A DNA stretch of 63,025 nucleotides, the filler included, from Reticulomyxa filosa (lineage: Eukaryota; Protista; Foraminifera): NCBI GenBank assembly GCA_000512085.1. It is 26 parts of 26 records of this genome, joined end to end, with 100 filler letters (N's around TTAATTAATTAA, not from the genome) between each part and the next. Parts side by side here need not be neighbours in the genome. Positions count along the whole stretch, not along the records: positions 36,024 to 37,755 come from ASPP01026251.1; positions 37,856 to 39,249 come from ASPP01032856.1; positions 39,350 to 40,556 come from ASPP01023337.1; positions 40,657 to 42,652 come from ASPP01044249.1; positions 42,753 to 46,442 come from ASPP01000515.1; positions 46,543 to 49,218 come from ASPP01044576.1; positions 49,319 to 51,767 come from ASPP01012354.1; 19 more parts are not named here. One strand, given 5' to 3'. Positions within the stretch are counted from its first letter, which is position 1, and each line of letters begins with the position of its first letter. The translations under genes and the position numbers were made by a program. This document shows, in pieces, positions 36,024-49,344 of the stretch. The notes under the pieces are model-generated. The model was given only the letters and a program-made list of their open reading frames with translations, searched no databases and was not told the DNA's origin.

Positions 36024-36664
36024 ATGACAAAACTATTTGTTTATGGGATGTTGAAACATCAAAATCATTACATTCTTTCAATGGTCATACAGATTATGTT
36101 TGGTGTGTTAATTTTTCACCATTGCAAAGTAATAACAATAATGGCAATAAGAGTAATAATATTGGTGTGATTGGTGGTAATGGATATACATTTTGTTCTG
36201 GATCAGGTGATAAAACAATTTGCATGTGGGATATTGAAACAACCAAGCAATTAACTGTATTCAAAGGACATGAACAAGCTGTGGGAAGTGTAAAGTATGG
36301 ATCAAATGAATTAGGAAATACAATATTATCTGGATCAGATGATAACAGTGTTCGTTTGTGGGATATTCGATCTGGTCAACAAATTCAAGTGTTTGATGGA
36401 CATAAACATTGGGTTTTGGCTGTTGAATATTTACCATTTAGTTCAAATGTGATATGTTCTGGATCACGGGACAATACAATTCGATTTTGGGATATTCGAT
36501 CAAATAAAAATGAATTATATATGATCAAAGGAGATGAAAAAGATGATGGAATATATTCTCTTAAATTTATATCATTAAAAAAGAAGGAAAAGGACAATGG
36601 AAAAGGAAATGATTTTAATTTATGTTTTGGTTCAGCGACAGGCAATATTCGTGTTTGGGGATGA
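36024..36664 (+). CDS. WD40 family gene, 3' part
   Basis: Intact frame with SNNIGVIGGNGYTFCSGS, several WD repeats, ending GNIRVWG*. Confidence 0.9.
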
Positions 36665-37542
36665 ATACAAGTGACGAAAAAATATTGATACAAGTTTATT
36701 TTCCATTTTTCAATTATTTGTTAATTTTTTTAGATCAAATCCATATGATATGAGATAAATTAGAGAATCAACAATATTATTACTTGAAATTGTTGTAAGA
36801 GTTAGATATCATTGTTAAATTACTTTTGATACTTTGATTTATGAGAAGCCATTCTCGCTTCTTCTTTATTAAAAGGAACTAGTTGAAGTGAAAAAAAAGT
36901 ATGCCTAAAAACATGGCTGTGTTGCTAAATCAAGTTTTACTCTCAAAATGAGTGAAACAAACTAACCGTATTTGAAAGCACGACCCCACGGTTTGCAACT
37001 TACCCTCTTATTTTTATTTTTTCACTACTCAAAAAAGTCACAACATCTAGAATCTTGTTTGTCATATAGCTACAAATGTCCAAAATACATTCTATTTAAC
37101 CTAAAAGGAAAACAAATCAAATGCTCATTTGTTATGCATTTAAAATCTATGTTTAAATCAAGTAAGTTTTTCATTTAAAAAGTATGGAAGATGATTCGAT
37201 TTAAACAAACTTTTCAAGCCAAAACAATTGAAATTAAACATAAAAGTTGTTTTATTCTTCAAATAAAAAAGTTTCAATTCAAGTGTCGGCACCCAATTTA
37301 ATAGAAACTTAATCCCAAAAAAAGTAAATAACGTGATGAAAAAACACAACCCATCGCTTATTTGCTATAGGCTTTACAAAGGGATACAAAATATTTGATG
37401 AAATTGAACTGTATACCAACCACTCTTTGTTCTTTAAAAGGCAAAATAAAAAAAATAAATCAAAAATAAATTGGAAAATGAAATAAAACAAACCCATCCA
37501 AAACAAACTCCTATCTATGTTCTTTTACTCATTCGCTCGTGT

Positions 37543-37755
37543 TCATCCCCAAATATGAATGGAACCATTTCTTGAGCCGTAACATAGATTAACTTTACCA
37601 TCACCATTTGTTGTTACATTAGTTTTTTCCTTTTTATTCAATGACACAAATTTAAGACACATTATTCCATAATCATCTTTGTCATCTCCTTTGATTATAT
37701 ACAGCTCCTTCTTGTTTGATCGAACATCCCAAAAACGAACTGTATTATCTTCTGA
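37543..37755 (-). CDS. WD40 family gene 3' end, convergent with 36024-36664
   Basis: Reverse complement reads EDNTVRFWDVRSNKKELYIIKGDDKDDYGIMCLKFVSL...NLCYGSRNGSIHIWG*. Confidence 0.85.
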   Translation of the reverse strand, partial: SEDNTVRFWDVRSNKKELYIIKGDDKDDYGIMCLKFVSLNKKEKTNVTTNGDGKVNLCYGSRNGSIHIWG

Positions 37756-40699
37756 NNNNNNNNNNNNNNNNNNNNNNNNNNNNNNNNNNNNNNNNNNNNT
37801 TAATTAATTAANNNNNNNNNNNNNNNNNNNNNNNNNNNNNNNNNNNNNNNNNNNNTGTAAATGCATATGTTACAACTTAAAAAAGATCACAAAAAAACGA
37901 TAAAGAACAGCTACATAAAGTAATTCACTGTTGTCAACTCGGGACCAATTAAAAAGACAGATCATTTTGGACTAGGTTCAAAAAAGAAAGGGCACGTGCA
38001 TAATTAGTGAGCCTTTTTTTTTTTTTGGGATGACATATATGAATGTATTATACGTACCTTGAAGTAAAAAAAAGAAAATAATAATAATGATATTTACAGC
38101 AACCGAAGAATTGACTATTTGGAAAATATACAACTTAGATGCAATTGATGTGAGAGGATGAATAATAAATACACGAGTTGGTCGTTCTTTTTATTGTGCG
38201 CACGTGATTGTCTTTGTGATCACACAGGCTAAAGAGGAAATGATGCATCGCATATAAAGATGAACAACTGATGAATCATGTACACAGAAACAATGACAGA
38301 CTTGTGGGAAAAATGCAACATGATGAAGATCAAGGAAAGTATCCAACGGAGAGCGCTCATATGATTATGTAGTGATGTAATGGAAGAAAATAATGGGTAA
38401 TGTATCTGCAATCATTTGAAAGATGGTCTCTACACTGATGACACAAAAAGTTAGTTTATACTCGATTCAAAAAAAAAAAAAAAAAGTGTACATTTAAATA
38501 CAAACAGAAAGCTGGTAATACAGATGCAGAGAACAAGACACAAGAATTGGAAAATAAAAGTGAAAACTTACAATTTACATAGCATTGAATGATGATGGTA
38601 TTAAAAATGATTTAATTGGTATAAAATAACAAATGCTACCTAGAAATAAGAAAAAGATTGGTGATAATAATGATTGAACATTATTAAATAATTATTCAAA
38701 CTTTCAAAAAATGGTGTTCAACTTATTTTAACTATATCATCATCATCATCACTAAAACAATATTCGAGAAAGTGGAATCAAAAGCACAAGCATCGTTTTT
38801 TTTTTACTCTTGTTTTACTATTCATATTTTATATTACTGCTATTTTGTTATTGTTGGATTCAGACACTGTTCCTTTTTTTCTTTATCGTCTTTTTGTTCT
38901 TTTCTGTAATACGTATTCTTGACAGCAAGAATAGATTCCTATTTTGCACATCGATGCTTAAGCATGGCCCTTTTGAAGCACTTGATATGAATTGAAGTAT
39001 CTAATGTTTTTTTTTCTAGCACCAACTTTAGACAATATAAGAACCTATTCCATATTATCTATAATTAATTCCAACTATCAGTTTTTTCAAAAGACATAAG
39101 TGAAAACCAAATTGAATCTATCTGCATATTTTGACTTTCTTTTAGATTTGAATATTAAAATTCAGAACTTTTACACAATGAATATAATTTGGCGAAAACG
39201 AAAGATGTTAGGTGAGCTGGAGAAATGACATTGAAATTATTTTTAAAAANNNNNNNNNNNNNNNNNNNNNNNNNNNNNNNNNNNNNNNNNNNNTTAATTA
39301 ATTAANNNNNNNNNNNNNNNNNNNNNNNNNNNNNNNNNNNNNNNNNNNNCTTTTGACTGTTTTAATCATGAAGCAAAATGGGAAAAACAATAATAACAAA
39401 AACCTAAAAAAACAACTTAAACAAAACTTTCATTACTAAGCTAAAGTAATTTCTTTCCATTTTTTTTTTACTTGATATGATCTTTAATGACCCAAAGATG
39501 ATGAAAAGATGCTTTCAACTTTTTTTTTTTAAGCTCACGAAGGGTCAATAAAAAATTGAAATGAATGTGTTTTATTTAATAAATATAAACTGTAATGATA
39601 AAATATTTATAAGCAAAACTTTGTGTCTTATTGAACTTATAATTACATCCATATTTAAACATACACAAATGTTATTTTTTTTCCTATTGGAAAGAAATCT
39701 TTCTTTTTTGTCATTGCAAACAATTAACAAATCTCTAAAACTGTACAAAGAGAATATGAGTAAAATGAAGGACTTGTTGAAACTGGAATAACTTCTAATT
39801 TTTTAGTATTTTTGCTTCTTTACTCAAAATTATAGGAAATGGGTAATTTGAATGCACAAGAATGTACAATTAAATATTATTTTTTTTGAAAACTCATTTT
39901 AAACAATTTCAATCAATAGTTTACGAATCATTTTCAGACTGAATCATTCTTTGTTCAATGTTTTTTTCATTGGTTTTTTTTATATCTTTTATGATAAAGA
40001 GTTATCTTCAAAATTAAAGTTTTTTTTGCAAATATGCAACGTTTTTCCTTTAAATGTAATTTAGTAAAGAAAATGCTCTGCTGTGTTTCTTACTTTTCTT
40101 TGTCAGTCAAAACGTGCGAAAGAAGCTAATTTTTGATTTGTTTGTATTTACAACAAGCATTCAAGATATATTGCAAAGCTTTTTATAAAATCTTTCTGAA
40201 GATTGCATCTACCGGCTATGTTTTTTTCTCCTAAAAAAAAGTCCTACATGACTGTTTTTAGGTGTAGCATGTTATATATTAACTTCACTGTTGAACTCTA
40301 AGATAAAATGATAAATATATTACAACCTTTAATTTTCGTATACAAAGTGTATTTAACATGACTTTTATTAGCCCTAGAATATTTTTCTTCTTGTGACAAT
40401 ATCAACTAAACATAGTTGGAATTGTTATTGTCCTATTAAACAATGTCCACACAATATGGTGTCTATTTTTTCTCACCTTCTTGCTCACCAATTACGTAAT
40501 TACACTTTTAAGCGTTCAAAAAAAGGGTTTTCTTTTGCAGTTAACTTCATCATCATNNNNNNNNNNNNNNNNNNNNNNNNNNNNNNNNNNNNNNNNNNNN
40601 TTAATTAATTAANNNNNNNNNNNNNNNNNNNNNNNNNNNNNNNNNNNNNNNNNNNNGACCAAAGACATTGCGAGGGATGTGTTGTGAACGTTTGTTCAT

Positions 40700-42420
40700 A
40701 CAAGCAGTAAAAAAAGCTCAATGGGCTTGTCGCTATGTTCTTGTTTGCGTTTGGTTGGACTGTGATACAGCAGTTCAAAGCATATCATTTCAGGGTTTGT
40801 CGTGGCTCTTCAGTATTGTTTTGATTCGCCAATGTTCGCATAACACATTCAATCTAGAAGCATTTATTTCCACAAACAAACAAACAAATGGTGATTCTTT
40901 TTTTTCTCAAAAAAAAAAAAAAATATATATATATATATTGCAGTAATTGCCGAAACATAGTCAGTCAGGAACAACAAGGAAGGTATGATCTAAATTGAAT
41001 GATATGAATGATATATGAATGGAACAAGAGTTTTGAAAGAGGGATATAAATGAGACTACCACGTTGTCCCTTCCCACTCGTCATTATCCGCAAAAAGGAT
41101 CAGACGGCGGGTCACTGATGGCGCCTTGCAAAAGGTCCATCCGACAGCACTGTCATTCTTACGTGACGTGTTGGTCACATCTCCAATGTGTGTCTACTCA
41201 GATAAGCCAAAGAACACACACCAAGTATGTGGTTTTCAGTACTTGCTCCGCCGGCGTCACTACGCTTAGTGTATTCACTCATGTTTTCTGTTTCACATGT
41301 GTTCTGCGCTGTTCACTTCTTGCTCTGTTTTTTGTATGCAATGGCAATATTGGCTTCTTCATAGTCGGTAGTTCAATATAATACACGCCCCTCTTTTACC
41401 GCACTTGCACGGCAAAAGCCTTGCGCCAGATCCCCCCCCACTCACATCCGTAGAATGGAAACAAAAACGCACCCTCGCAAAAGCGGCCCATCGATTGAAC
41501 GTACAGTTGCAAGCGTTGCAGCATTTCCACGACAGTCAGACAATCTTTTTTTTTTAATATATACATATATATATATATGTACATATATATGTATATGTAT
41601 ATATATTGTATTGTGTATCGAATTATTTAAAATACCTGATGGACTATCTAAAAAAGCTTAAAGCATATTTGATGAAATATTGGACTTTGATCGACAATTT
41701 GCTGCTGATCCATAACGTCGATGAAAGGTTGTCGTTGCACGCTTTGCTAATGCAAGTCAATGGCTATTTGCTTAGTCGGGTTTGAGCTATCGTCCAAAAC
41801 ACCGTGCAACTACCGCTTTTCACGCATGTCCAGGTCTTTGCTGGTGAATACTTTCTCCTTTGGACAACGGAACCTTTGGTCATTGGAAGAGGAGGAGGGT
41901 GGGAGGGGAAGAAAAAAAGGGGGATTTCAAAACGAAAAAAGTTCAATACAAAGAAAAGTATTATAAACTTTGGAAGGCTTGTCACCATCGAAAAAAACAA
42001 AATTATGTACGATGTCACGAACTTCAACGTAGCGAAACACTTGAGAGCGTACCAAGATGTTCGACGAAAGACTCGTTCACATACAGCAAATTCGGCATCA
42101 AATCGATTGAGATTTGGCCATATTTATTTTCATACATTTCAATCACCTGTTTCATATCCTTCATATATTGGATCTCATTTAAATGTTCAACCAAATGTTC
42201 TTTTCTTTTTCTTTTGCACCTTTATTTTCATTTGAATTGGAATTGGAATTAAAATTGGGATTGGGTTGTGATTGATTCGTAACAAGGGGAGCACCGTCCA
42301 TTTTCCTTTCATCCTTTGGACGGATCGACTTTTTCAAGTCCGGCCCGAAATCTTTCCATTCAAAGTTTCCATACACATTCCATTTCGATTTTGCATCACT
42401 CAAATATTCCATTCCAATGT
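40700..42420 (-). CDS. CHM: Rab escort protein (REP/CHM, GDI superfamily), heavily frameshifted
   Basis: Collinear motifs across frames: ISIDLMPNLLY (RFNIDL..KLLY), FRYVE, KEKVFTSKDLDMREKR (DVF.SK.L...EKR), LQLYVQSMGRF..GAFLFPFYG, GDLAQGFCRASAV. Confidence 0.75.
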
Positions 42421-42752
42421 TTTTTTTATGTCCCCTTTTTTTGAGTTAAAAAAAAAAAAATAAAATGGAATTAATTGCAGATAATATGAAATATGCTCTT
42501 ATATTGTTTAGAGTTGGTACTAGAAAAAAAAACAGCAGATATCAAGAAAACGAAAGTTCCAGTCGTCTAGGCAAAGTAAAAAGGGGGAATGACCAACAAA
42601 AACATCCAGCGCAATCATCTCAACTAAAAAAAAAGCGAAAAATCGCCACTGGNNNNNNNNNNNNNNNNNNNNNNNNNNNNNNNNNNNNNNNNNNNNTTAA
42701 TTAATTAANNNNNNNNNNNNNNNNNNNNNNNNNNNNNNNNNNNNNNNNNNNN

Positions 42753-43982
42753 AATAAACTTCATTTCCTTTTTTGACTGTTCATTATTTATTATTTATTA
42801 TTTGTTAGTCAGTTTTATGTAACATAATTTATTTGTGTTCATCAAAATAAATAAGCAAACCATTACCAACTGTGAAGGGTCCCATATACGCACTTTTGTC
42901 TTCATGTGAGTTGATACTTTTATATCTTTATCATTGGCTCCTCCAATGATGTGTATACCATTGTCTTCTTCATTCAATATTGCAACACAATCACATAATG
43001 GATTGGGTAAAGTGTTTTTAAACGTCGTCCATTTGTTTTTTCGAATTGAATACTTGTGAATTGATTTTGAAACTCCATTACCATTTCCACCAAAGAACAA
43101 GATGACATCATTGATACACACATATGCATATCTATTGAATGGTTTCATATCATGGCAAACAGGTAGTTTATGAAATTGAAAAGTGTTATTATATTCATCA
43201 TATTCAATTGATAATCCTATATTCCAACAGAACAACAGCATTTGATAATTTTGTTTATATCTTTGATTTGTTTTCATCATTTCTTGTTCTTGTCTATTTT
43301 CTGATTTTGATACAAAGCAATGATAATATATTTTATTATTAATCGGTAATTGATCATGTTGAATAAGTTGAAATGTATTTAAATCAAACACACTAATATT
43401 ATCAAGATAAGTGATAAACAACAAATGATTGTTGATTCCACCAATCAATGCACGCATTCCTTCTCTTCCAATGATAATTGGGTTATTGTGATTGTCTGTG
43501 AAAGGAATCCATTGATTGTAATTGTTTGATTTGTTTAATTGATTCAATTGATTGAATTTTTTTGATTTATTCATTCCATTTTGATTTTGATCATCATTAT
43601 TGTTGTGATTACTCCAAACACTTACATATTTCATCACCAATGTATGTTTATTGTATCCACCCCAAGTAGATCCAAAAGACAACAAAGTGATTTGATTGTT
43701 GTCTTTGTTGCTATCTACCAGTTTCACTACACAGTATCCACGTAATATAACATGACTTGGATACTTACAGATAAACTTGTATTCGTTTTTGAGGATATGA
43801 TAAGAATAACAAGCTCTTTGGTTATGACCTCCACAAATGAGGAGTTCATGTTTGTGTAGAACACACTGAGTTTGGTCAAGTGGAATAGGTAGCTTTTTTA
43901 AAGTTTGAAAGGGAGTAATAAGATGTTGACTTTCTTTAATCTCTCTTTCAAGAGATTTTTGTGTTGTAGTTTGATTACCCAT
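42753..43982 (-). CDS. Kelch-like beta-propeller protein with C-terminal module exon
   Basis: ATG 43982 (MGNQ, possible myristoylation). Repeats with GG doublets (LLICGG, ALIGG, ILFFGG, IHIIGG) and KWT. Intron after WDPSQL, then last exon from 42776 SKKEMKFI, cut by the contig edge. Confidence 0.88.
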
Positions 43983-46633
43983 GTTGTTGATGTTGCTGAA
44001 GTTTTTTAAGTTCAACTTTTTTAAAAAAGATGATGTGACCCTTTTAAAAAAACGAAAAAGGTATTTTACATTGAAATTCTTTATTTGGTTGATGAAACAA
44101 AAAAAAAATTGAACATAATTTGAGCAATGGAAATTGAAATGAATTGTATCGAAAACTTTCACTGAATTTGCAATTAATCACTGCCTTTTTTGCAACATCC
44201 ATGTCTTTGGCACTTTCATTATTTCATCTTTTTTTGAATTAAGTAATAAAAAGTGTGCAATTTTCAAGTTTTTCATGTTTGCAATTTTGCTGAAAACAAC
44301 AGAAAAGAAAGAAATATATTAAATTATTTGTTTTTGAATGTTCTATTTATTGAAGAAGAAACGCAGTCAATTCAAACAAATTAAATCAATGGATATAAAT
44401 ATTGTTTTTAAAAAATGAAAATCATAAAAGAAACATCCACAAAAAACATTTGTATTCGTTTTACTGTGTTATGTGAAACAAATGTGATTCACAGAAAATC
44501 CTACATTATTTCAAAAAACACTTGATGTCAATTGTTTGTCATCTTTGTTGTTATACACAAGAAATATTGGAAAAAAGAATGCAATAAAAATGTAACCCAT
44601 TTCAATACGTAATAATAAACTTAAATAATGCGCATCTCTTTGTTGCAACTGCAATACTTAGATCGATAATTCTAGAATGGTATCAACCCTTCTTTTTTTG
44701 AAATGAACTTGCTCTTTTTTTTCATTGAAATTGCTACAATCTTTTAAAAAACCAATCACCTCATAAAGTTCAGATTCACACAAAAACGAATGTGACATAT
44801 TTGCTCTTATTCAAACAGTTTTGTTTTCTTACTTGGCCGTTTCCTACAAAAAGGGGAAGACTTCAAGAATCTTCAGTTCAAAGTTCACTTGCAAAAAAGG
44901 ATTAAAAGCAACTGAACTTGCCACCAGTACAATCTTTGAGTACTTTTCTTGCTCCATCATTTAAGAACTGAAAAAGGAAATAGAAGAACTTAGTAGTTTT
45001 TCTAGAAACGCATATTCAAGAGTATCTCATTTGCAAATGATAACATCAAAAAGGGTTAAATATTTTAGGTTATCAGGAAAATCAATTGTAGGAATTCTGC
45101 TGTTGATTATTTTTTATCCTTTTTCTTCATGAATGGTACTTTCGAAAGTATCCAAATTAATATTGATACTCCTTGTTGTAACATATTCCATGCAATAATT
45201 TATTCTTTAAAAAAACAAAGGGATATACAATTCAAAGGATTTCTTATTTGATGTCTTAAAAAATTACAATAAGATGCGACAAAAGGAAGGCAGCATAAAT
45301 AGAAATACTCAACTAGAGAGCTTATGCAATAAACATAATAACAATTTTTAAAGTATTTTTGACAGTATTCAAAAGATGAAGAACATAAGCTTTATAAGAC
45401 AATATTTTATGCAAAATTTTGGTGAATATTACACATTAATTAAATCATGATAAATATTTTCAACAATTATTTCATGCCAATGAAATTAAATGACATTTTC
45501 AGTCATTAAACACTGTTATGAATAATGAAAAGACAATTGAAATAAAAGGTAACAATATTCGAAAGAGTATCGATTATAACTATCCAAAATTGCATCCAAT
45601 GAAATATACAAAGAGACTCTCTAGACAAACGAAATGACAAAACATAATTGGAGAAATAAACGCATCGAGTTCAAAAAAATAAATCAATGGATATAAATAT
45701 TGTTTAATTTAATGGCCGATATTTATGTTTGCCTCACATAACAATAAGACCGTTCATGAGACATCAAAACGCCTAAATTATTGTATATTGTGTTCTGTGT
45801 GGATTTTTCGTGACTGCAAGGCAATAACAAGAATGATGATTAAATAAGAAGAATGTATTCAATAAAGATATTTCAAGGAAGATGCCAGAATATTCTATTT
45901 TGAGTTCTTATGATTGAAAAATAAGGAACAAAGAGCCAAAGTCATGATGAGGCTGTAATGGCATTAATCTGTATCATGATCAGGTCACATTCAAACGTGG
46001 GCATCAAACCATATTTCAATTACAGTATTTTATAGGAAAAAATAGCACAATAACAATAACTTTTTACAAATGAAAATAAAACATTGCTATATTTTAAGAA
46101 AGTGTTTGGTTGAGCAAGGGCTTTTTTTTTTTTTTTTTGTTTGTCGTACCAGCCCGAAATTAGGGTGATAACACCCTCTCCACTACTAGTACTTAAAAAA
46201 GTGATTTGTTTTTCTTTTGAACAGCTACCCACTTTGAAAAAAAATGAATGATTTTTTTATGGATGCTGTTCATCCTTCACAAAAGAAAAAAAAAATTGGA
46301 TCTGGGGTAAGGCCCCCCGTCTCCGCAAGGAGTAAAACAGGTTTGGTATATGTATTTGTATATATTTTTTTTTGACAAATTAACTTGTGTTTTTGTCAAT
46401 AACAGCCGCAGCCCATCTATCAAAAAAAAAACTTTGAATCTGNNNNNNNNNNNNNNNNNNNNNNNNNNNNNNNNNNNNNNNNNNNNTTAATTAATTAANN
46501 NNNNNNNNNNNNNNNNNNNNNNNNNNNNNNNNNNNNNNNNNNAGTAACGATATATGAAATACAATGTTCGTGAAAAATATCATAAAGTCACAAAAGTAAG
46601 CGCAAATGAAAAGTATCAAAAAAAAATTTTATT

Positions 46634-46800
46634 TTGTTCAAAGGACATAAATATAGAGTTAGTAGCATAAAATATGAATCAAATGATTACATTGTCAGTT
46701 TGTGGGATATTCAAACTGGTAAAAACATTAACACGTTCACTGGACATAAATCTGCTTCGTATGATGTCGAGTATTCCTTTGTAAATATAGTATGTTCTGA
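46634..46800 (+). pseudogene. WD40 family remnant
   Basis: FKGHKYRVSSIKYESN, VSLWDIQTGK, FTGH..ASYDVEYS. Confidence 0.65.
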
Positions 46801-47869
46801 GTCATACAAAATCCTATTATATAAACCCTTTCCTAGATAGGTTTTTGCATAATTCAATAATCCGTTCAAGGTAATGTATGATCGTTTATATATTGAACAT
46901 AGTGGTCAATGATATAACAGAATGTTAAGATTCAATTTAAGATTACATATGGATGGTGTTTATTATATGTAATTGGGTTTTTGAATTGATTATTTAATAC
47001 TGTTACTAGTCAAGTAATCAGGGCATATGGTTATGATTTTATAGATTACAACATCATCATTTTTTTTAAATAAATAAGGATAATTATTATTATCAATGTT
47101 GTGACTTCTTAGAAAGGAAATGTTTATTATTAACATTTTTTATAATATTTAAATATTTATTTCAACTTGAGTTGCTTATTGGTGTGGAAATAGAAGGAGA
47201 TATGAGATCATAAATTGAATGGATGGATTTTTAAAAAATAATATCATTGAAATATAGAATGATGAGTTAAATTCTTTTTTAAAATTGAGGAAGGATTTGC
47301 CTAACTGATGCTGTGTCTTGAAGAGGAAATTAAGTTTTGTTTTGTTGTTACATTTTTTTAAAAAAGAAAAAAAGAAAAAACTAAAAAACGAAGGAAACTA
47401 TGTGGAAACGAAGGAATACGTGTAACGACCACAATTGCATTTGTCTTGCTTTAAGAAACATTGTGGGCGTCTTTGTTACAATGATAGTAACAGAAAGTAA
47501 TTTGTTCAACATTGATATTGGGACATGAAGAACAAGAAACATTGGACAAAATCTGCAAAGAAATAAAAAAAATATCAGAAAAAAAGATACAATTAGGAAA
47601 AGAAAAGAAAAAAATAGAAGATAATGTGCAAATATCAAAAATAGAATTGAAAAAAAATTTGATTAAATGATATTAAGTTTAGTACAGCAAAAGAATGCCT
47701 CTTGAGAACGCAGGCAACAAAATAAATCAAACAATACAAATACAATACAATAGGAAAAAAAGTTTCTTATGTATCAATTGTAATAAAGCATTTTCCAAAA
47801 AATGCAATATGAACCGACATTCTAAAGTTGATCATTGATTTTTTTTCTTGTATTTTATTTTTTAGACAA

Positions 47870-49022
47870 CACCAAATTTGAAAATACAAGAAGCGAAGAA
47901 TCACAAAAAACGGAAACGGAAAACAAGACTGATCAAATAAGTCATACTTATCCGCACCAGAAACTTATAGTATTAACAGAAGATCATCAGGATTTCATTG
48001 CCCTTATTGTGATTATAACTAGGAAGCGTTTGAAAAAATTGCGATTCATATGTGGAAATTTAAGGCCAATAAAGCGTAAAGAAAAAATGTGGAGGAAAAA
48101 CAAGCATGATAATAAACATCGAACCAAAGATCATAACCAGAAGAGTTGAAGCAAAACTCCGAGTGGACTTCACAAATTGGAATCAGTATTTGATAAAAAA
48201 CAAAAGATAGGCGGAACTACAAAAACTAGGAATCGAAGTCGATCACAAACGACAAAGAAACAAAAATCCGTTTGAAAAAATAACGATAAAAGAAATATCA
48301 CAAAATGCAATCGATGAAGACAACATATCAACATCGAAAAAGCAAAACGATGAAGATAACTTGAACAATGCCAAAAAAGAAAGATAATTCGAAACTCAGG
48401 CGAACACTACTGGAAAACGCGCAAGAAAGAGTAAACTATAACAAATTACACCCAAGAATGGAAGTAAGGAAGAGACTACGAATGAAGAGGAAGATTACTG
48501 TCATATAGAATCCCAACAATCGGAAATCAACAGTAACATATTTCAATCAAAAAAAAGAATGAGAACGAAAATTAAAATTTTTCAGACTCAAAAAGCAACA
48601 GGAATACAGTTATCGCCAAAGAATCTGTCAAACTAATTCGAAAATCTCGCATCACCACATGGAGTTGCAAACGATTATAATAAAAGAATTGAAGAGCTCA
48701 ATGAAGACATCAGAACACGGGAACTTGTGATCCACAGTCTAAAACAAGAAAGAGAAGAGTTATTTCTAAAGCTGAAACAAAAGGAAGAAGACATACAGAA
48801 CTTAAATAAATCAACAGTAAAAGACAAACAATAGTAATCGCAATATACGCAATCAGATGACCAATAAATTAATACTATTTGGAAAAGGTCTATGGAAATA
48901 TCGAAATGCAGTGGCGATGTATAACTTACTCAAATCTGGAGGTGTATCAACGGAACAAATCAAAGAGATCCAAACAATTGGACGAAAGATATTCTTTGTT
49001 TTGGACTCTGCTGATGCATATA
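47870..49022 (+). pseudogene. Decayed A-rich ORF, possibly retroelement ORF1-like
   Basis: FHCPYCDY...F..I..H zinc-finger-like motif, coiled-coil stretch, A-rich sense strand, many stops. Confidence 0.3.
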
Positions 49023-49024
49023 TA

Positions 49025-49218
49025 CAGTAGGCTGCAAAGAAAACTGAACCCTAAAACGATATCATATGATGATAATTGATTTTCTCCATGAAAAATCAAC
49101 ATTTAGACCTAATTTTATTTTTATTTTTTAAAAAATATCTACAAATCTTGTAGTTTTTAAATATGAAATTGGTTTTTTAATCTTTTTTTTTTGTTGGATG
49201 AAATCACCATTCTTTCAA
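49025..49218 (+). mobile_element. Tc1/mariner-like terminal sequence (copy 3)
   Basis: TA|CAGTAGGCTGCAAAGAAAACTGA..., homologous to the copies at 9856 and 26238; runs to the contig edge. Confidence 0.6.
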
Positions 49219-49344
49219 NNNNNNNNNNNNNNNNNNNNNNNNNNNNNNNNNNNNNNNNNNNNTTAATTAATTAANNNNNNNNNNNNNNNNNNNNNNNNNN
49301 NNNNNNNNNNNNNNNNNNGGAGGGGGAAAAAAAAAAAAAAATAG

